Positions 50,299-61,111 of a stretch of DNA of 64,000 bases are shown piece by piece. The translations under genes were made by a program, and so were the position numbers. The DNA is from Bacteroidales bacterium (lineage in GTDB: Bacteria; Bacteroidota; Bacteroidia; Bacteroidales; Bacteroidaceae), in assembly GCA_029227175.1 (NCBI GenBank), contig JAQXZK010000137.1:7467-71466 (forward strand), in the 5' to 3' direction. The number at the start of each line of letters is the position of its first letter. Position 1 is the first letter of the stretch. The notes below the pieces were generated by a model. The model was given only the letters and a program-made list of their open reading frames with translations, searched no databases and had not been told where the DNA came from.

Positions 50299-53145
50299 AT
50301 GGAATACAATTTTAGAGACATAGAGAAAAAATGGCAAAAAAGATGGGTTGACAACAAAACATACAGAGTGAAAGAAGACCCTTCAAAGAAGAAATATTAT
50401 GTGTTGAACATGTTTCCCTACCCCAGTGGAGCTGGATTGCATGTAGGACACCCACTCGGTTATATTGCCAGTGACATCTATGCCCGCTACAAGCGTCTTC
50501 AAGGCTTTAATGTATTGAACCCGATGGGTTATGACGCGTATGGACTTCCAGCTGAACAATATGCCATTCAGACAGGACAACATCCGGCAATCACTACAGA
50601 ACAGAACATAAACCGCTATCGCCAACAACTTGACAAGATAGGTTTCTGCTTTGACTGGGAAAGAGAAGTAAGAACTTGTGAGCCTATTTATTACAAATGG
50701 ACACAATGGGCATTCCAACTGATGTTCAACTCATTCTACTGCTATGACTGTCAGAAGGCACAACCCATTGAGAAACTCGTAGAACACATAGAAAAACAAG
50801 GTACATCAGACCTCAATGTAGCACAAAGCGAGCAACTTAACATCACTGCTGATGAATGGAAAGCCATGAACGAAGTAGAACAGCAGAAAGTACTTATGAA
50901 CTACCGCATTGCCTACCTTGGAGAAACAATGGTAAACTGGTGTGCAGGTTTGGGTACTGTACTTGCCAATGACGAAGTGGTGGATGGTGTTTCTGTACGT
51001 GGCGGTTTTCCCGTTACACAGAAGAAGATGCGCCAATGGTGTCTGAGGGTAAATGCTTATGCACAAAGACTTCTTGACGGACTGGATACAGTAGAATGGA
51101 CCGAGTCATTGAAAGAAACGCAACGCAACTGGATTGGTCGTTCAGAAGGTACTGAAGTAGAATTCTCAGTCAAAGACAGTGATATCAAATTCACTATTTT
51201 CACTACTCGTGCCGACACAATGTTTGGTGTCACATTCATGGTTTTGGCTCCTGAAAGCGAATATGTGTCTCAAGTAACGACTTCTGAACAAAAACAAGCC
51301 GTTGAAGATTATATAACCTATGTCAAGAAAAGAACTGAACGCGACAGAATTTCTGACAGAAAAGTTACCGGTGTATTCACTGGAAGTTATGCGATCAATC
51401 CGTTCACTGGAGAGTCAATTCCTATTTGGGTAAGCGAATATGTACTTGCTGGATATGGTACAGGTGCTATCATGGCTGTACCGGCTCACGATAGTCGTGA
51501 CTACGCATTTGCCAAACACTTCAACCTTCCTATTGTTCCACTGATTGAAGGTGCTGACGTAAGCGAAGAAAGTTATGATGCAAAAGAAGGAATTGTAACA
51601 AACAGTCCGCGAGAGGGAGTTACTCCTTACATCAATTTCAGTTTGAACGGATTGACTATCAAAGAAGCAATTGCTGCCACCAAAAAATATGTCAAGGAAC
51701 ATAACCTGGGACGTGTAAAGGTGAATTATCGAATCAGAGATGCCATCTTTTCACGCCAGCGTTATTGGGGAGAACCATTCCCGGTATATTACAAAAATAA
51801 CATGCCATACATGATTCCTTCTAACAAACTTCCGTTGGAATTACCCGAAATATCCGCATACAAGCCAACAGAAGACGGACAACCACCGTTAGGTCGTGCA
51901 GAAATGTGGGCATGGGATGAAGTCAATCAGGTTGTTGTCAATAAATCACTCATTGACAACAAAACCATATTCCCCATCGAACTGAACACTATGCCTGGAT
52001 TTGCAGGTAGTTCGGCCTACTATCTGCGATACATGGACAATAAGAACGAAGAAGCACTCGTAGCAAAAGACATTGACGAATACTGGCAAAATGTTGACCT
52101 TTACGTAGGTGGTACAGAACACGCTACAGGACACCTGATTTACTCCAGATTCTGGAACAAATTCCTCCATGATTATGGATACAGCTGCAAGGAAGAACCC
52201 TTCCAAAAGTTGGTTAACCAGGGAATGATTCAAGGCCGTTCTAATTTTGTATATAGAATCAATGATGAAGACCATTCTAAAGCACCTGTTTTTGTAAGTC
52301 TTGGACTGAAAGATAAATATGATGTTACCCCTATTCACGTGGACGTAAATATTGTAAATAATGACGTGCTTGATGTTGAAGCATTCAAGGCATGGCGTCC
52401 TGAATATAATAATGCAGAATTTATCTTAGAAGATGGAAAATATATCTGCGGTTGGGCAGTCGAGAAGATGTCAAAATCCATGTTTAATGTAGTGAACCCG
52501 GATATGATTGTAGAAAAATATGGAGCAGACACACTTCGTCTCTATGAAATGTTCCTTGGTCCAGTAGAGCAAAGTAAACCTTGGGATACAAACGGTATTG
52601 ACGGCTGCCACAGATTCTTGAAGAAATTATGGGCACTTTTCTATAATCGAGATGGACAGTTCCTTCCTAACGATGATACTCCTACCCCGGAACAACTGAA
52701 GAGCATTAACAAACTTATTAAAAAAGTTACTCAGGACATCGAACTCTTCTCTTATAACACCAGTATCTCTGCATTTATGATTGCCGTGAGCGAATTACAA
52801 AAATGTACAAGCAAAGATATCTTAAGAAAACTTGTTGTATTACTCGCTCCATTCGCGCCTCATATTGCTGAAGAACTTTGGGAATCCCTTGGTCAACAAG
52901 ATAGTGTTTGCAATGCACAGTGGCCGGTTTGTGAAGAAAAATATCTCATTGAAAGCACCATTAACTATACTATTTCATTTAATGGCAAAGCAAGATTTAA
53001 CATGGAGTTTTCTGTGGATGAAAATCAAGATGTCATACGCGAGAAAGTATTAGCCGATGAACGATCCACCAAATGGATTGAAGGAAAAAAAATACTGAAG
53101 GTTATCATTGTTCCTAAGAAAATAGTGAATATCGTTGTAAAATAA
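50299..53145 (+). CDS. leuS: Leucine--tRNA ligase
   Basis: [14 protein letters not shown]; FTTRADT; YVGGTEHA; KMSKS. Confidence 0.98.
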   Translation: MEYNFRDIEKKWQKRWVDNKTYRVKEDPSKKKYYVLNMFPYPSGAGLHVGHPLGYIASDIYARYKRLQGFNVLNPMGYDAYGLPAEQYAIQTGQHPAITTEQNINRYRQQLDKIGFCFDWEREVRTCEPIYYKWTQWAFQLMFNSFYCYDCQKAQPIEKLVEHIEKQGTSDLNVAQSEQLNITADEWKAMNEVEQQKVLMNYRIAYLGETMVNWCAGLGTVLANDEVVDGVSVRGGFPVTQKKMRQWCLRVNAYAQRLLDGLDTVEWTESLKETQRNWIGRSEGTEVEFSVKDSDIKFTIFTTRADTMFGVTFMVLAPESEYVSQVTTSEQKQAVEDYITYVKKRTERDRISDRKVTGVFTGSYAINPFTGESIPIWVSEYVLAGYGTGAIMAVPAHDSRDYAFAKHFNLPIVPLIEGADVSEESYDAKEGIVTNSPREGVTPYINFSLNGLTIKEAIAATKKYVKEHNLGRVKVNYRIRDAIFSRQRYWGEPFPVYYKNNMPYMIPSNKLPLELPEISAYKPTEDGQPPLGRAEMWAWDEVNQVVVNKSLIDNKTIFPIELNTMPGFAGSSAYYLRYMDNKNEEALVAKDIDEYWQNVDLYVGGTEHATGHLIYSRFWNKFLHDYGYSCKEEPFQKLVNQGMIQGRSNFVYRINDEDHSKAPVFVSLGLKDKYDVTPIHVDVNIVNNDVLDVEAFKAWRPEYNNAEFILEDGKYICGWAVEKMSKSMFNVVNPDMIVEKYGADTLRLYEMFLGPVEQSKPWDTNGIDGCHRFLKKLWALFYNRDGQFLPNDDTPTPEQLKSINKLIKKVTQDIELFSYNTSISAFMIAVSELQKCTSKDILRKLVVLLAPFAPHIAEELWESLGQQDSVCNAQWPVCEEKYLIESTINYTISFNGKARFNMEFSVDENQDVIREKVLADERSTKWIEGKKILKVIIVPKKIVNIVVK

Positions 53146-53153
53146 TTCAGGCA

Positions 53154-54050
53154 ATGCTCTTCGCAAATAAGGTAATTTTAGATGAAATAAAAGATTATTT
53201 CATCATAACTATCGGTTTGATAAGCTATGCAATTGCATGGCCATTATTCTTAATGCCTTACCAAATTTCCATTGGAGGAACTACCGGTATTGCATCCATC
53301 ATCTACTATGCAACAGGATTTCCCATTCAAAACACATACTTAATTATAAATGTTTTCCTACTGCTTTTCGCTTTTAAACTTATAGGATTCAAGTTCAGTA
53401 TAAAAACCACCTATGCCGTATTTATGCTCACATTTTTATTGTGGCTTTTTCAAGAACTTTTTAAGAATGAAGATGGAAAATTCTCCCAACTGATGGGTCC
53501 AGGACAAGAACTATTGGCCTGTATATTAGGTGGAACCATGTGTGGATTTGGTTTAGGTATTACCTTTACGCACAATGGAAGCACAGGAGGAACTGATATA
53601 ATTGCTGCCATAGTCAACAAATATTATGATGTTACGCTTGGTAGAATAATAATGTTAAGCGATATTGTAATTATATCTTCCTGTTATTTTATTTTCAACG
53701 ACTGGAAACGAGTTATTTTTGGTATGGTCACTCTCTTCTTTATAAGCATTGTGATTGACTATGTAGTAAACTCAAGTCGACAGTCTGTTCAATTCATCAT
53801 ATTTTCAAAAAAATATGATATGATAGCCGATAGAATCACAGTTGAAACACATCGCGGAGTTACAGTACTCGATGGAGAAGGTTGGTACAGCCATGGAGAC
53901 GTGAAAGTACTTATTGTCTTGGCTTACAAACGTCAATCACAACATATATTCAAAATCGTAAAATCAATTGACCCTAATGCATTCATTTCCCAAAGTTCGG
54001 TAATTGGTGTATATGGTGAAGGATTTGATAAAATCAAGGCTAAAGTATGA
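53154..54050 (+). CDS. YitT-family membrane protein
   Basis: [10 protein letters not shown]; [14 protein letters not shown]; DPNAFIS. Confidence 0.9.
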   Translation: MLFANKVILDEIKDYFIITIGLISYAIAWPLFLMPYQISIGGTTGIASIIYYATGFPIQNTYLIINVFLLLFAFKLIGFKFSIKTTYAVFMLTFLLWLFQELFKNEDGKFSQLMGPGQELLACILGGTMCGFGLGITFTHNGSTGGTDIIAAIVNKYYDVTLGRIIMLSDIVIISSCYFIFNDWKRVIFGMVTLFFISIVIDYVVNSSRQSVQFIIFSKKYDMIADRITVETHRGVTVLDGEGWYSHGDVKVLIVLAYKRQSQHIFKIVKSIDPNAFISQSSVIGVYGEGFDKIKAKV

Positions 54051-54628
54051 AGAAACTTGTTTTTGCTACCAATAACAAGCACAAAATAGAAGAAGTATCT
54101 GCCATGCTTTCCGGAAAATTTGAATTGCTGAGCATGAAGGATATACATTGTGACATTGATATTGCTGAAACAGCAGATACTTTTGAAGGAAATGCCTTGA
54201 TTAAGGCAAAATATATTTATGAAAATTTTAATTGTGACTGTTTTGCTGATGATTCAGGACTGGAAGTTGAAGCATTGGATGGAAAACCAGGAATATATTC
54301 TGCACGATATGCCGGAAATCATGATTCTGACGCAAACATGAACAAACTTCTTGCAGAATTAAAAGAAAAGACAAACAGAAATGCACAATTCAGAACAGTC
54401 ATTGCACTTATTTTAGATGGAGAAACTCATATATTTGAAGGAATAATCAAAGGAACCATAGCCCAGAAAAAACTCGGATCAGGAGGTTTTGGTTACGACC
54501 CTATTTTTATTCCTGAAGGATATCAACAGTCATTTGCTCAATTAGGTATTGATGTTAAAAATAACATCAGTCATAGAGCAAGAGCTATGGAAAAACTATT
54601 CAAATTTCTACATTCCAAATTTTCCTAA
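54047..54628 (+). CDS. rdgB: Non-canonical purine NTP pyrophosphatase (Ham1)
   Basis: FATNNKHK; ADDSGLEV; SARYAG; FGYDPIF; SHRARA. Confidence 0.96.
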   Translation: MKKLVFATNNKHKIEEVSAMLSGKFELLSMKDIHCDIDIAETADTFEGNALIKAKYIYENFNCDCFADDSGLEVEALDGKPGIYSARYAGNHDSDANMNKLLAELKEKTNRNAQFRTVIALILDGETHIFEGIIKGTIAQKKLGSGGFGYDPIFIPEGYQQSFAQLGIDVKNNISHRARAMEKLFKFLHSKFS

Positions 54629-56670
54629 TGAAAGGTATCTATAAATACATCATTTATCTATTCATTACTTTATTTATTTCTACTGCTGAATCACTAACCT
54701 GTTCAGCTGACAACACATCCACGTACAATAATTGGAAAATTCATCAATCCTATCACTTTCCAACTCGTACAGAAAAATCCGGTAATAAAATATATGTACT
54801 TGCTAATGGAGGTCTTTTTTCATACGATAAAAGTGATGATAACATTACCATTTACTCAAAAAAATCACCGCTAAATGATGCTATTATAAGCTTCATTTCT
54901 TATTCACCAGCTCACAAACTTCTTATCGTAGTTTATGATAACAGCAATATTGATTTGCTAGCTGACGAATATAAAGTATACAACATACCAGACTTTAAAA
55001 ATAAAGTAAATACATCTGATAAACATATTAATCAGTGCTTTATTTTCAATAACAAAGCGTTTCTCACTACAGGAAACGGAATATTATCGTTGGATCTACA
55101 AAACAGAATAATAGATAATTTCTATGCTTTAGGGAAAAATATTTTAGCCTGCTGTGTAGAAAATAACTGTCTGTATGCGTGTAGCGAAAAGGAAATTATT
55201 TTCTGTCCGCTCAAAGAAAACATGCTTGACCCTAATAATTGGAAAACGGACAATGAAAAGACTGTTAAAAACTTCTTGTCTCATTATGGAGATAAACCAA
55301 TGAAAGAAAACATAAGTGAATATTATCTTCCTAATAGTCCAGTAAGAAACTATGCGTTTAACTTAAGTATAAAAAATAATCATTTACTCGTAGCCGGAGG
55401 TGCATACATTGAAGACAGATTTCTGCGTGAAGGAACAATCATGTTGTTCAAAGATGAAAAGTGGATAAATTTTCAAGAAGAAGGAATAAGCCAAATCACA
55501 GGAACCTGGTATAAAGACATAATCTGTGTAGTAGAAAACCCTAACGATAATAATATTCATTTTGCTGCCTCCTGTGGAGAAGGATTATATGAATTTAGGG
55601 AAGGAAAATTTATAAAGCAGTATTCTCTGCATAATTCTCCATTACAATCAGCATTACCCAATGATTCAGATGCACGAAATTATGTGCGTGTAGGAAGTCT
55701 CATCTATGATAAAGAAGGTAATTTATGGATGACCAACTGTGAAACAAACGCACCTATTCACGTATTGCAAAAAGATGGAAAATGGAAAAGTTTTTATTAT
55801 AAGTCACTTAAACAAGCCTCAAATCTCGGTCGGTTGCTTATTGATAAACGAGGATGGATTTGGGGAACTTCATTACTCGAATCATCCTATGGTTTATTCT
55901 GTTTAAATTATAATCAAACCATCCAAGACGAATTTGATGACAAATTTGTCTATCACACCAAATTCAACGAACCATCGGGACAAACGCTTGACAGTAGAGC
56001 TCTCTTTTGTCTGACAGAAGATAAAGAAGGATACATTTGGATGGGTACTAGTAAAGGTATACTACTTATAGAAAATCCTGAAAATGTTTTTCTAAACAAC
56101 TTTTCTATCAGGCAATTTAAAATTTTCCAAAATGAAAAATTTTTAGAAAATGAATCTGTCACCTGTATTTGTATAGATGAAGAAAACCAAAAATGGATAG
56201 GAACAGACAATAATGGACTTTTTTTACTTTCTTCAGACAACAAACAAGTAATCTCACATTTCACTATAGAAAACTCACTTCTGTTGAGCAACAGCATACA
56301 ATCACTTGCATATAACGAAAACACCGGCGAATTATGGATAGGCACCAACAAAGGAATTGTATCTTACATGACAGGAATTGTTAGCGGATCAAAAGAAATA
56401 AATGATGAAAACATACTTATATATCCTAATCCTGTTAAACCCTCTTATGAAGGAAATTTAACCATTAGCCAACTTGAAGGCCAGTCACGGGTAAAAATTA
56501 TAAACGTAGCAGGTAAAGTGATGTGCGAAGGTTCCTCATTGAGTGGAACCTTCACCTGGAATCTCCGAGATTATAACAATAAAAAAGTACCCTCAGGAAT
56601 TTATATTATATTCATTACAGACGAGAACGGAAAACGAAAAGCAAGCGGAAAAGTTACTGTGATTCGTTGA
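54628..56670 (+). CDS. porZ: PorZ-like beta-propeller protein with T9SS C-terminal domain
   Basis: Signal peptide; propeller repeats (DKEGNLW, IWMGTSKG, KWIGTDNNG, LWIGTNKG); IYPNPV..SGIYI CTD; adjacent to Ham1 gene. Confidence 0.72.
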   Translation: MKGIYKYIIYLFITLFISTAESLTCSADNTSTYNNWKIHQSYHFPTRTEKSGNKIYVLANGGLFSYDKSDDNITIYSKKSPLNDAIISFISYSPAHKLLIVVYDNSNIDLLADEYKVYNIPDFKNKVNTSDKHINQCFIFNNKAFLTTGNGILSLDLQNRIIDNFYALGKNILACCVENNCLYACSEKEIIFCPLKENMLDPNNWKTDNEKTVKNFLSHYGDKPMKENISEYYLPNSPVRNYAFNLSIKNNHLLVAGGAYIEDRFLREGTIMLFKDEKWINFQEEGISQITGTWYKDIICVVENPNDNNIHFAASCGEGLYEFREGKFIKQYSLHNSPLQSALPNDSDARNYVRVGSLIYDKEGNLWMTNCETNAPIHVLQKDGKWKSFYYKSLKQASNLGRLLIDKRGWIWGTSLLESSYGLFCLNYNQTIQDEFDDKFVYHTKFNEPSGQTLDSRALFCLTEDKEGYIWMGTSKGILLIENPENVFLNNFSIRQFKIFQNEKFLENESVTCICIDEENQKWIGTDNNGLFLLSSDNKQVISHFTIENSLLLSNSIQSLAYNENTGELWIGTNKGIVSYMTGIVSGSKEINDENILIYPNPVKPSYEGNLTISQLEGQSRVKIINVAGKVMCEGSSLSGTFTWNLRDYNNKKVPSGIYIIFITDENGKRKASGKVTVIR

Positions 56671-56698
56671 TAATCATTTTCACTTTTCCTACTCATTT

Positions 56699-57625
56699 TT
56701 ACTTGCTTAACTCAAGCATTCTTAATATAGGCTTAATAGCACGTTTAGCTATTTCAGAATCTACATGTACCTCCGGAGTCTCGTTTAACAAACAATTATA
56801 AAGTTTTTCAAGAGTGTTCATACGCATAAAGTTACACTCATTGCAAGCACAAGTACTGTCGCTTGGAGGAGCAGCTATGAAAGTCTTATTAGGACATTTC
56901 TTTTGCATCTCATGCAAAATACCGCTTTCGGTTGCCACAATAAAGGTATTACAGTTGCTATTTATGGCAAATTTCAATAAAGCAGCAGTAGAGCCTACAT
57001 AATCTGCCAATTTCAGCAGTGCACCCTTACACTCAGGATGAGCGAGAATTAAAGCATTCGGATATTGTTTTTTTAGTTCTATTATTTTTTCTACAGAGAA
57101 TCTTTCATGTACATGACATGCTCCTTCCCAAAGCAACATGTTTTTACCCGTTACACTATTTATGTAAGCACCCAGATTTCTGTCAGGTCCAAAAATAATT
57201 TTTTCATCCTGCGGAAAACTTTCTACTATCTTTCTGGCATTAGTCGAGGTAACCACAACATCTGTTACAGCCTTAACGGCTGCCGATGTATTCACGTAAG
57301 AAATCACCGTGTGTCCAGGATGTTCCTTAATAAACTTACTGAAACTATCAGCTGGACAACTGTCGGCTAAAGAACAGCCTGCCTCAATGTCTGGAATCAA
57401 TACTTTCTTGTCAGGACAGAGAATTTTAGCAGTCTCACCCATAAAGTTCACACCGCACATTACAATAACATCTGCTGTAGTCTCTGCCGCCCATTGGGCT
57501 AACGCCAGACTATCACCTATAAAGTCAGATATCTCCTGTATTTCCGGTCTTTGATAGTAATGACCCAAGATAATAGCATTTTTCTCATATTTGAGTTTCT
57601 TTATTTCTTCAACGATATTATTCAT
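56699..57625 (-). CDS. nadA: Quinolinate synthase
   Basis: ILGHYYQ; GDSLALA; AGCSLA; SYVNTSA; GACHVH; AHPEC; CACNEC. Confidence 0.97.
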   Translation of the reverse strand: MNNIVEEIKKLKYEKNAIILGHYYQRPEIQEISDFIGDSLALAQWAAETTADVIVMCGVNFMGETAKILCPDKKVLIPDIEAGCSLADSCPADSFSKFIKEHPGHTVISYVNTSAAVKAVTDVVVTSTNARKIVESFPQDEKIIFGPDRNLGAYINSVTGKNMLLWEGACHVHERFSVEKIIELKKQYPNALILAHPECKGALLKLADYVGSTAALLKFAINSNCNTFIVATESGILHEMQKKCPNKTFIAAPPSDSTCACNECNFMRMNTLEKLYNCLLNETPEVHVDSEIAKRAIKPILRMLELSK

Positions 57626-57847
57626 AATTATTTTATTTCTTTATTTTAAGAAAAAAGTGTATGTTGATTATTATAGCTTGTTCATTATGTTTGAAAAAAA
57701 ATATTGTTATTTACTTGTTTTTGTATTAGTAAAACTCAAATGTTTTTTTTGAACAATGTATGAACAATAATATTCTCTAATATAGTATTTATTATAAAAA
57801 CTTTATCTTTTATTTCTATTGGTTTTGAACAGGCTGTTTATAATCTG

Positions 57848-57855
57848 CAAAGTTA
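57848..57855 (-). promoter_or_regulatory. -7 box probably driving nadA
   Basis: CAAAGTTA = TAACTTTG on the minus strand. Confidence 0.55.
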
Positions 57856-58063
57856 AAAACTATTCGGAATTTTTTTTTCATTATGAATGCTGAAAACTTG
57901 TTTATATTAAGCTATTAAATAAACCATAACTCTTTTTATAATTTGTAGATAATTTATATACGGGTTTTTGCTGGAGATTTGCAAATTTATTTTTCCTATT
58001 TATTTTTTCTCACTTTGAACAGTTTTTCAAATCTTATTGACAGGGTTGTTTATATTTATATAT

Positions 58064-58071
58064 TATCTTTG
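58064..58071 (+). promoter_or_regulatory. -7 box for the TrmH-family gene
   Basis: TATCTTTG 26 bp before the ATG. Confidence 0.7.
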
Positions 58072-58097
58072 CAATAGGTGAAGAAAAAAATACTGTA

Positions 58098-58646
58098 ATG
58101 GATTTCAGAAAACTAAGTATAAAGGAATTGAATAGAATAAGTGTGGAAGAGTTTAAGCAATCGGAGAAACTTCCGCTTACAGTTATTCTTGACAATATTA
58201 GAAGTTTACATAATATAGGTTCTGTATTTCGTACGGCTGATGCGTTTCGTCTTGAACGTATTATTCTCTGTGGAATTACAGCTTGTCCTCCTCATGCTGA
58301 AATGCATAAGACCGCTCTTGGTGCAGAATTTACAATGGAATGGGAATATTACGCTGATACATGTGAGGCTGTGAAAAAGTTACAAGCTGAAAATTATAAG
58401 GTATTGGCTATTGAGCAGTGTGAGCATAGTGTCATGCTTAATGAAATATATATAGATACGCATGAAAAATATGCTGTCATACTGGGAAATGAGGTTAAAG
58501 GCGTACGTCAGGAGGTAATTGATATGTGTGATGGATGTATAGAAATTCCTCAATTCGGCACTAAGCATTCGTTAAATGTATCGGTAGCCGGTGGAATAGT
58601 ATTATGGGAGATAAGTAAGTCATATTTGTCCATTTTCAACAAGTAG
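58098..58646 (+). CDS. TrmH/SpoU-family RNA methyltransferase
   Basis: LDNIRSLHNIGSVFRTADAF; LGNEVKGV; IPQFGTKHSLNVSVAG. Confidence 0.93.
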   Translation: MDFRKLSIKELNRISVEEFKQSEKLPLTVILDNIRSLHNIGSVFRTADAFRLERIILCGITACPPHAEMHKTALGAEFTMEWEYYADTCEAVKKLQAENYKVLAIEQCEHSVMLNEIYIDTHEKYAVILGNEVKGVRQEVIDMCDGCIEIPQFGTKHSLNVSVAGGIVLWEISKSYLSIFNK

Positions 58647-59240
58647 AATAATACGCTCTATCATCTTGTCATCTCCTTCAGCATCATATTCTTTTTTCAG
58701 ACTTGCTCCGAACATGGCAGCAAATGTTTGATAAAAACCTGCTTTAAATGGTCCCATAAATGCTTTTACCAGTTGAAAACTGGTCTGATTACATTGTCTG
58801 TCTACAAGTTTAATAAGCAATTTACCTTGTGAAAAGGTGAGTTTCTTTAGTCTTGGTGTATATTGTTCCTTTAGTCCTTTTTCAACAGCTTTGATGTGTT
58901 TTTGTTTTTCCTTTTCAGTGGGAAGGGTCTGTAAGTATTCATAAGTTTCTATGACAATGTCTTTTATTTCCTTCGAGATAGGATAGACTCGCTTTACATC
59001 TCTCACTAATCTTGCGTATTTTACGTATTCTCTCTTATTTTTGAATTTCAGAGGTTTGAAAATGTATACGGTTGGAAGTTTTATATATGGAATAGTATCT
59101 CCTTGATAAACTGTCATAGCAGTCAGGTAGACAAGCTTTCCTTCTTCATTCTTGTACCGAGCGGAAGTAATATTTTCTTGGCCGTAAGTCAATGCGCGGA
59201 TGACAATAGCCAATATTGAGAGAATAAACTTCTTTTCCAT
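58620..59240 (-). CDS. DUF4294-family protein
   Basis: Signal peptide; LVRDVKRVYP; LTFSQGKLLIKLVDRQ; FGASLK. Confidence 0.8.
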   Translation of the reverse strand: MEKKFILSILAIVIRALTYGQENITSARYKNEEGKLVYLTAMTVYQGDTIPYIKLPTVYIFKPLKFKNKREYVKYARLVRDVKRVYPISKEIKDIVIETYEYLQTLPTEKEKQKHIKAVEKGLKEQYTPRLKKLTFSQGKLLIKLVDRQCNQTSFQLVKAFMGPFKAGFYQTFAAMFGASLKKEYDAEGDDKMIERIILLVENGQI

Positions 59241-59342
59241 GTGAACAAAGATATAATATTATGTTTGATTATGTCTAAAATTAAATTCTCTATTTAAAGT
59301 TTTTAATTTATATTTGCCTCGATAAATTTGTGTTATTTACAG

Positions 59343-60116
59343 ATGACAGTTATATATCCGTCTCCTATATTTGGACCTATCCATTCACGTCGTTTGGGAG
59401 TATCTTTAGGAATAAATCTGATGCCCGGCGATGGAAAATTATGTTCTTTCGATTGTATATATTGCGAATGTGGGTTTAATGCTGATTTTCGACCTACTTC
59501 CACACGTCCTTCTCGTCAAGAAGTATACACTGCCCTTGAGGCTAAGTTGATTGAAATGAAGCACGAAGGAATCGGACCGGATGTGCTTACTTTTGCCGGA
59601 AATGGAGAGCCTACGTTACATCCTCATTTTCCCGAAATAATATATGATACACTTTATCTGCGAGATAAGTATTTTCCATTGGCAAAAGTAAGTGTATTAA
59701 GCAATTCTACGAATATTTTTAGTGATTCTGTTTTTCAAGCGCTCAAGCAGGTTGATAATAATATTCTAAAACTCGATACTGTAAATATAGACTACATACA
59801 TCGTTTAAATAGACCAACAGGTCATTATGATTTGGAAAAATTAGTTGATCGCATGATAGCGTTTGGTGGTCAATGTATGATACAGACTATTTTTCTTAAG
59901 GGAATATCAGGTGGATTTGATATGAATAACACAACCGATGAATATGTATTGCCTTGGTTGGAGTCTCTTAAACGTATTAATCCTCGGCAGGTAATGATAT
60001 ATACTATTGATCGTGAAACTCCTGATAAGTCCTTGCTAAAATCTACGCCAGAAGAACTGGATGCTATAGCAGAAAAGGTTAAACATGCAGGACTTTCTGT
60101 TAGTGTATCATATTGA
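59343..60116 (+). CDS. Radical SAM protein
   Basis: FGPIHSRRLGVSLG; CSFDCIYC; FAGNGEPTLHP. Confidence 0.9.
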   Translation: MTVIYPSPIFGPIHSRRLGVSLGINLMPGDGKLCSFDCIYCECGFNADFRPTSTRPSRQEVYTALEAKLIEMKHEGIGPDVLTFAGNGEPTLHPHFPEIIYDTLYLRDKYFPLAKVSVLSNSTNIFSDSVFQALKQVDNNILKLDTVNIDYIHRLNRPTGHYDLEKLVDRMIAFGGQCMIQTIFLKGISGGFDMNNTTDEYVLPWLESLKRINPRQVMIYTIDRETPDKSLLKSTPEELDAIAEKVKHAGLSVSVSY

Positions 60117-60164
60117 GAAAAATAATAAAAGAAAAAAATATTTGCACAATTCCACGCAAGGATG

Positions 60165-60172
60165 TATCTTTG
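60165..60172 (+). promoter_or_regulatory. tRNA promoter -7 box, with TTTG at 60141-44 as the -33 element
   Basis: TTTG-N20-TATCTTTG. Confidence 0.8.
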
Positions 60173-60210
60173 CGGTCGTAAATTCTAATTAAGAATTGAT
60201 ACAATAAGTT

Positions 60211-60281
60211 TGGACTATGGTGTAATGGTAGCACAACAGGTTTTGGTTCTGTTTGTCCAAGTTCGAATCTTGGTAGTCCAA
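60211..60281 (+). tRNA. tRNA-Gln(UUG)
   Basis: Acceptor TGGACTA/TAGTCCA; anticodon stem ACAGG/TCTGT with loop TTTTGGT; T-arm CCAAG-TTCGAAT-CTTGG. Confidence 0.97.
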
Positions 60282-60286
60282 CTTAG

Positions 60287-60326
60287 AAAATCCTTATAAA
60301 CAAGAATGTTTATAGGGATTTTTTTT
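60287..60326 (+). terminator. Intrinsic terminator after tRNA-Gln
   Basis: AAAATCCTTATAAACA-AGAA-TGTTTATAGGGATTTTTTTT. Confidence 0.85.
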
Positions 60327-60329
60327 ATA

Positions 60330-60556
60330 ACTCATTATCTCCGAATGGTGATTGGCGCGAAGCCATGCGACTGCCATCTTCTGCTGGGTGGCGAAATCCT
60401 GCATCTGTGCTACCTGTAGCTTGGTGGAGGAACTTGCAGGTACTTCTCCAGGTGGATGAGGTTTGAACTGGAGTTGATGGTGAAGTATTCGTTGCTTCTG
60501 CTGCCACACTTTCCTGAGATGCCCTTGATGACATCGATTGGCGTAATACGTGCCAT
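60330..60556 (-). pseudogene. Frameshifted, truncated small hypothetical gene
   Basis: MARITPIDVIKGISGK..IHLEKY, then KFLHQATG and QDFATQQKMAVAWLRANH in other frames; own -7 box at 60764-60771. Confidence 0.55.
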
Positions 60557-60677
60557 GGTTGTTTTTCCTCAAAGCCATAGCAGAGGTAGAGTCTGCCGAC
60601 CATTTGTATGCCGTTGAGGACGGTGTTAGGTTTGACAATCGGATTCGACGGGCGACCATTTCCGAGCCTTGCCGGGC

Positions 60678-60730
60678 CCTCAAAGGCTCCTCAAAGGCTC
60701 CTCAATGAGTCCTCATCGCTCCTCATCGCG
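60678..60730. repeat. 11/10-bp tandem repeat, 5 units
   Basis: CCTCAAAGGCT x2, CCTCAATGAGT, CCTCATCGCT, CCTCATCGCG. Confidence 0.85.
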
Positions 60731-61111
60731 GAGGCTGATGAAATCCCATCTGAATCACACCTGCAAAGATACTGCTCTTTCCGAGCGTATGGGCAGGTTG
60801 TCCCGAGGGTAGTAGTGACTTTGTCCTGTAAGTTGTGAGGGACGAGTGTCAAACGTCAAATGTCAACTCGATAGAACCCCACTTTTTCAACTCGTCCTCC
60901 TAACTGCCCACCCCTCTAAGCCTTTACTCCTTGACTGTCCCTACTTTATCAATCATTTTTTCCTTTAAGTGAGCAGTTATAAAAGTAAGTTTTCTCATCA
61001 GAATATTTCCATTATATTTCTACTGATGAGTAAATAAAATTTTACTATATTTGCTTGAGGTCTGCTATATTTTCCTTTATTCCACTCTAAGTGAGTAGGC
61101 AAGAAGGCTAT

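Larger units (their letters stand above)
57626..58097. other. Candidate chromosomal replication origin (oriC)
   Basis: About 470-bp extremely AT-rich interval; 9 DnaA-box-like 9-mers; apparent strand-composition switch. Confidence 0.7.

Noticed and set aside
60294-60838. ORFs 60294..60683, 60325..60603 and 60608..60838 as intact genes
   Set aside because: The first two each hold only a fragment of the frameshifted pseudogene; the third reads through the 11-bp repeat.
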